From Candidatus Marinacidobacterales bacterium (GTDB taxonomy: Bacteria; Acidobacteriota; Vicinamibacteria; Marinacidobacterales; SMYC01), in contig CBDCYI010000009.1 of NCBI GenBank assembly GCA_965224085.1, positions 628,162 to 692,161 on the forward strand: a stretch of DNA of 64,000 nt. Direction: 5' to 3'. Positions 61,905 to 64,000 of this stretch are shown piece by piece. Both the position numbers and the translations under genes were made by a program. Within the stretch, counting starts at the first letter, position 1. Every line of letters starts with the position of its first letter. Under the pieces are notes generated by a model. The model saw only the letters and a program-made list of their open reading frames with translations. It was not told the DNA's origin and did not search any database.

Positions 61905-62446
61905 AAGAGCCCGGTGCGAAAACCTCGACGCCGTGGCATCAGGATGTTTCCTACTGGCCAGTCACTGGCCAACAGATAGCGTCGCTCTGGCTGCCCTTGA
62001 CCGAAGTCGATCGCGCTTCGAGCGGACTCGAGCTCGTGAAAGGCTCGCATCGTTGGGGGAAGTACTACATGCCTCGGCGATTCGTCGCTACCGACCAGAA
62101 GAGCAACTGGATTCACGACGCCGAGGGCGAGACTCTGCCGGATATCGAGGCTGAGCGTGATCGCCACGACATCTTTTCAGAGCCCATGCAGCCGGGCGAT
62201 GCGCTGATCTTTTCCGCTTGGATCATCCACGCTGCGCCGAGCAACACTTCCGACGACACACGCGCGGCCGTCTCGACCAGGTGGCTGGGCGACGACGTGC
62301 GCTGGCGCCCCCATCCTGCGGCGGACCCCACCGTTCGCAAAGAGGACGTTTCGATCGCGCCGGGTGAGCTCGCGCGGGACGACGAAATATTTCCGGTAGC
62401 TTGGACACGCCGCTCGGGAGCATTTGGCGCGCGGACCGGGTTCTGA
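61880..62446 (+). CDS. Phytanoyl-CoA dioxygenase (PhyH)-family Fe(II)/2OG oxygenase. The N-terminal ~100 aa are not recoverable in a single frame, so it is possibly degraded.
   Basis: ...WFVKEPGAKTSTPWHQDVSYWPV...GDALIFSAWIIHAAPSN (compare the EctD-like FFIKEPG..PWHQD). Confidence 0.5.
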   Translation, partial: ARWSPWFVKEPGAKTSTPWHQDVSYWPVTGQQIASLWLPLTEVDRASSGLELVKGSHRWGKYYMPRRFVATDQKSNWIHDAEGETLPDIEAERDRHDIFSEPMQPGDALIFSAWIIHAAPSNTSDDTRAAVSTRWLGDDVRWRPHPAADPTVRKEDVSIAPGELARDDEIFPVAWTRRSGAFGARTGF

Positions 62447-62475
62447 TCAACACTTGGGGAACCGGAGGACGCGAG

Positions 62476-63606
62476 ATGAATTTGGAAAGACCGATCGTCG
62501 CCGCCGCGGCGCAAATAAGCCCAGTCTTCATGAAGAAGAAGGAAAGCGTCGAGAAATACGCTGAGTGCATCCACGAGGCCGGCCGAAAAGGCATCGACTT
62601 GATCGTCACGCCGGAGACCGGCATCCCTACCTACCCTTACTGGCGAAACAACTTCGGCTATACGAGCCCCGAAAGCACCGCGCTTTGGAAGGACACGGTC
62701 GTGTCGTTCTACGAACAATCCATCCGCATCCCGAGCCCGGAGACCGATCTGCTCACCAAAGCGTGTGCAAGCGCGGGCGTCGTAGCGGTCATCGGTTTGA
62801 ACGAGCAAGACGATCGCGAAGGCTCCGCGACGCTCTACAACTCGATGCTCTTCATCGATCGCGACGGCACGATCATGGGACGTCACCGGAAACTCATGCC
62901 GACCCATCAAGAGCGTTTTTTCTGGGGCCGCGGGGACGCGTCGGACCTCCGCGTGTTTGACACGCATTTCGGAAAGGTCGGCGGTCTCATCTGCTTCGAG
63001 AACCACATGACGCTCATGAAAGCGGCCATGGCCGTCAAAGGAGAAGAAGTGCACGCGGCGTGCTGGCCCGGCTGGTGGAGCTATGGCGGCAAAGGAAACG
63101 CCATTCGCGACATGACTGGCGACGTGAGGCCTCTCTATCTTTCGGATCAAGACTCGGCGATCCGCGAATATGCTTTCGAGACCCAGAGCTTCGTAGTGAG
63201 CGCTTCGATGTACATGACCGAAGACGACGTTCCCGACGACTTTCCGTACAAGAAGAGCGCGCCGTGGAAGTGGGCGATGGGAGGTAGCGCCATCGCCAAT
63301 CCTTTCGGCGCTTATGTGAAAGAGCCCGTGTTCCACAAAGAAGAGCTCATTGTCGCAGAGCTCGATCCGAAGGATCGGATCGTCGCGAAGAACGTCTTCG
63401 ACTGCATGGGCCACTACAGCCGATGGGACGTAGTGTCCCTACGCGTACGGGACGAGGACTTCACGCCGACGGGTCCAGCTCTTCCGCCGCGCCGGATCAA
63501 GCTGGAGCACCTCGAGTCGGTGGCGGCCAAACATCACCTGGCGCCTGAAAAGGTCGAGAGCATTTTGCGCGAGCTGGAATCGCTCGCGGTCGAATTGGAA
63601 GGCTAG
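62476..63606 (+). CDS. Carbon-nitrogen hydrolase (nitrilase/cyanide hydratase family).
   Basis: MNLERPIVAAAAQISPVF...IVTPETGIPTYPYW...GGLICFENHMTLMK (catalytic Cys in CFEN). Confidence 0.8.
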   Translation: MNLERPIVAAAAQISPVFMKKKESVEKYAECIHEAGRKGIDLIVTPETGIPTYPYWRNNFGYTSPESTALWKDTVVSFYEQSIRIPSPETDLLTKACASAGVVAVIGLNEQDDREGSATLYNSMLFIDRDGTIMGRHRKLMPTHQERFFWGRGDASDLRVFDTHFGKVGGLICFENHMTLMKAAMAVKGEEVHAACWPGWWSYGGKGNAIRDMTGDVRPLYLSDQDSAIREYAFETQSFVVSASMYMTEDDVPDDFPYKKSAPWKWAMGGSAIANPFGAYVKEPVFHKEELIVAELDPKDRIVAKNVFDCMGHYSRWDVVSLRVRDEDFTPTGPALPPRRIKLEHLESVAAKHHLAPEKVESILRELESLAVELEG

Positions 63607-63612
63607 TTTCGA

Positions 63613-63987
63613 TTAGGTCGTTGGGCCGACGAGCTCACGCTGAAACGCGTTCACGACGGTGTTCTGCCGGAGAAGGTAATAGCCTTCGACCATGAGTGCG
63701 ACGAGGCTATAGACGAGAGCGATATAGCCCAAGCCGCCGTGGATCCAGCTCGGGATGGCACGTGTATGGGCGCCTCCACCCAGGATGAAGGCGGCCATCA
63801 AAAGAAACATGCCGCCGAACGCCCAGGGGAGCACTTTGGACTTGATGCGTCGGCTCTCGAGGAGGCGATCTTTGCCGCGTCTGTGCTCCTGCACGGCGCG
63901 TTTGAGGTTGCCGCTCATCCCGACGAAGTAGAAATAGGTCATGGTGTGGGTGAAGACGGCAAGGATCGCGGAGATGAGCGCGAGCAT
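63613..63987 (-). CDS. Small integral membrane protein, 124 aa, hypothetical.
   Basis: Three to four predicted transmembrane helices. No recognised family. Confidence 0.4.
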   Translation of the reverse strand: MLALISAILAVFTHTMTYFYFVGMSGNLKRAVQEHRRGKDRLLESRRIKSKVLPWAFGGMFLLMAAFILGGGAHTRAIPSWIHGGLGYIALVYSLVALMVEGYYLLRQNTVVNAFQRELVGPTT

Positions 63988-64000
63988 GAAATGCCGGCCG

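Overview
This is a high-GC (about 65%) bacterial chromosomal segment. The gene content (GWxTD-domain protein, sortilin/BNR-repeat proteins, secreted M24 and M20 peptidases, single-chain gcvP) suggests Gemmatimonadota or Acidobacteriota, but that is inference from content, not a search. Positions 1 to about 28,000 form an IS-riddled accessory region with at least ten insertion-sequence types, many nested in one another. They are two distinct IS5-family elements (called A and B here; three copies of A, four of B), an IS6 element plus a solo IR, two distinct IS110-family elements, an IS200-like tnpA inserted into IS5-B, fragments of IS256-like, IS481/rve-like and IS91-like transposases, and further on an IS91 transposase and an IS1634-family element. 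Embedded in this region are a degraded Type I restriction-modification locus (hsdS missing its N-terminal part, no hsdM, intact 1000-aa hsdR), two VapBC-type toxin-antitoxin pairs (one captured between inverted IS5-A copies, the other with its antitoxin N-terminus replaced by an IS end), an EcsC-domain fusion protein with a disrupted downstream ORF, and a low-GC serine carboxypeptidase gene. A roughly 320-bp sequence that flanks the 3' end of tRNA-Ser(GCU) at 41.2 kb recurs at 13.8 kb as an inverted pair; all three copies end exactly 7 nt into the tRNA 3' end. The remainder is mostly core-like: a four-gene minus-strand cluster of two sortilin/BNR-repeat proteins bracketing two secreted M24 peptidases, an LLM oxidoreductase, RNase P RNA, MEMO-like and M20 peptidase genes, a DnaJ-TPR protein, an epimerase, an M23 peptidase, TlpA, the gcvT-gcvH-gcvP operon with an IS1634 insertion just upstream, several frameshifted catabolic genes, and a nitrilase. 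No CRISPR array and no rRNA were seen.
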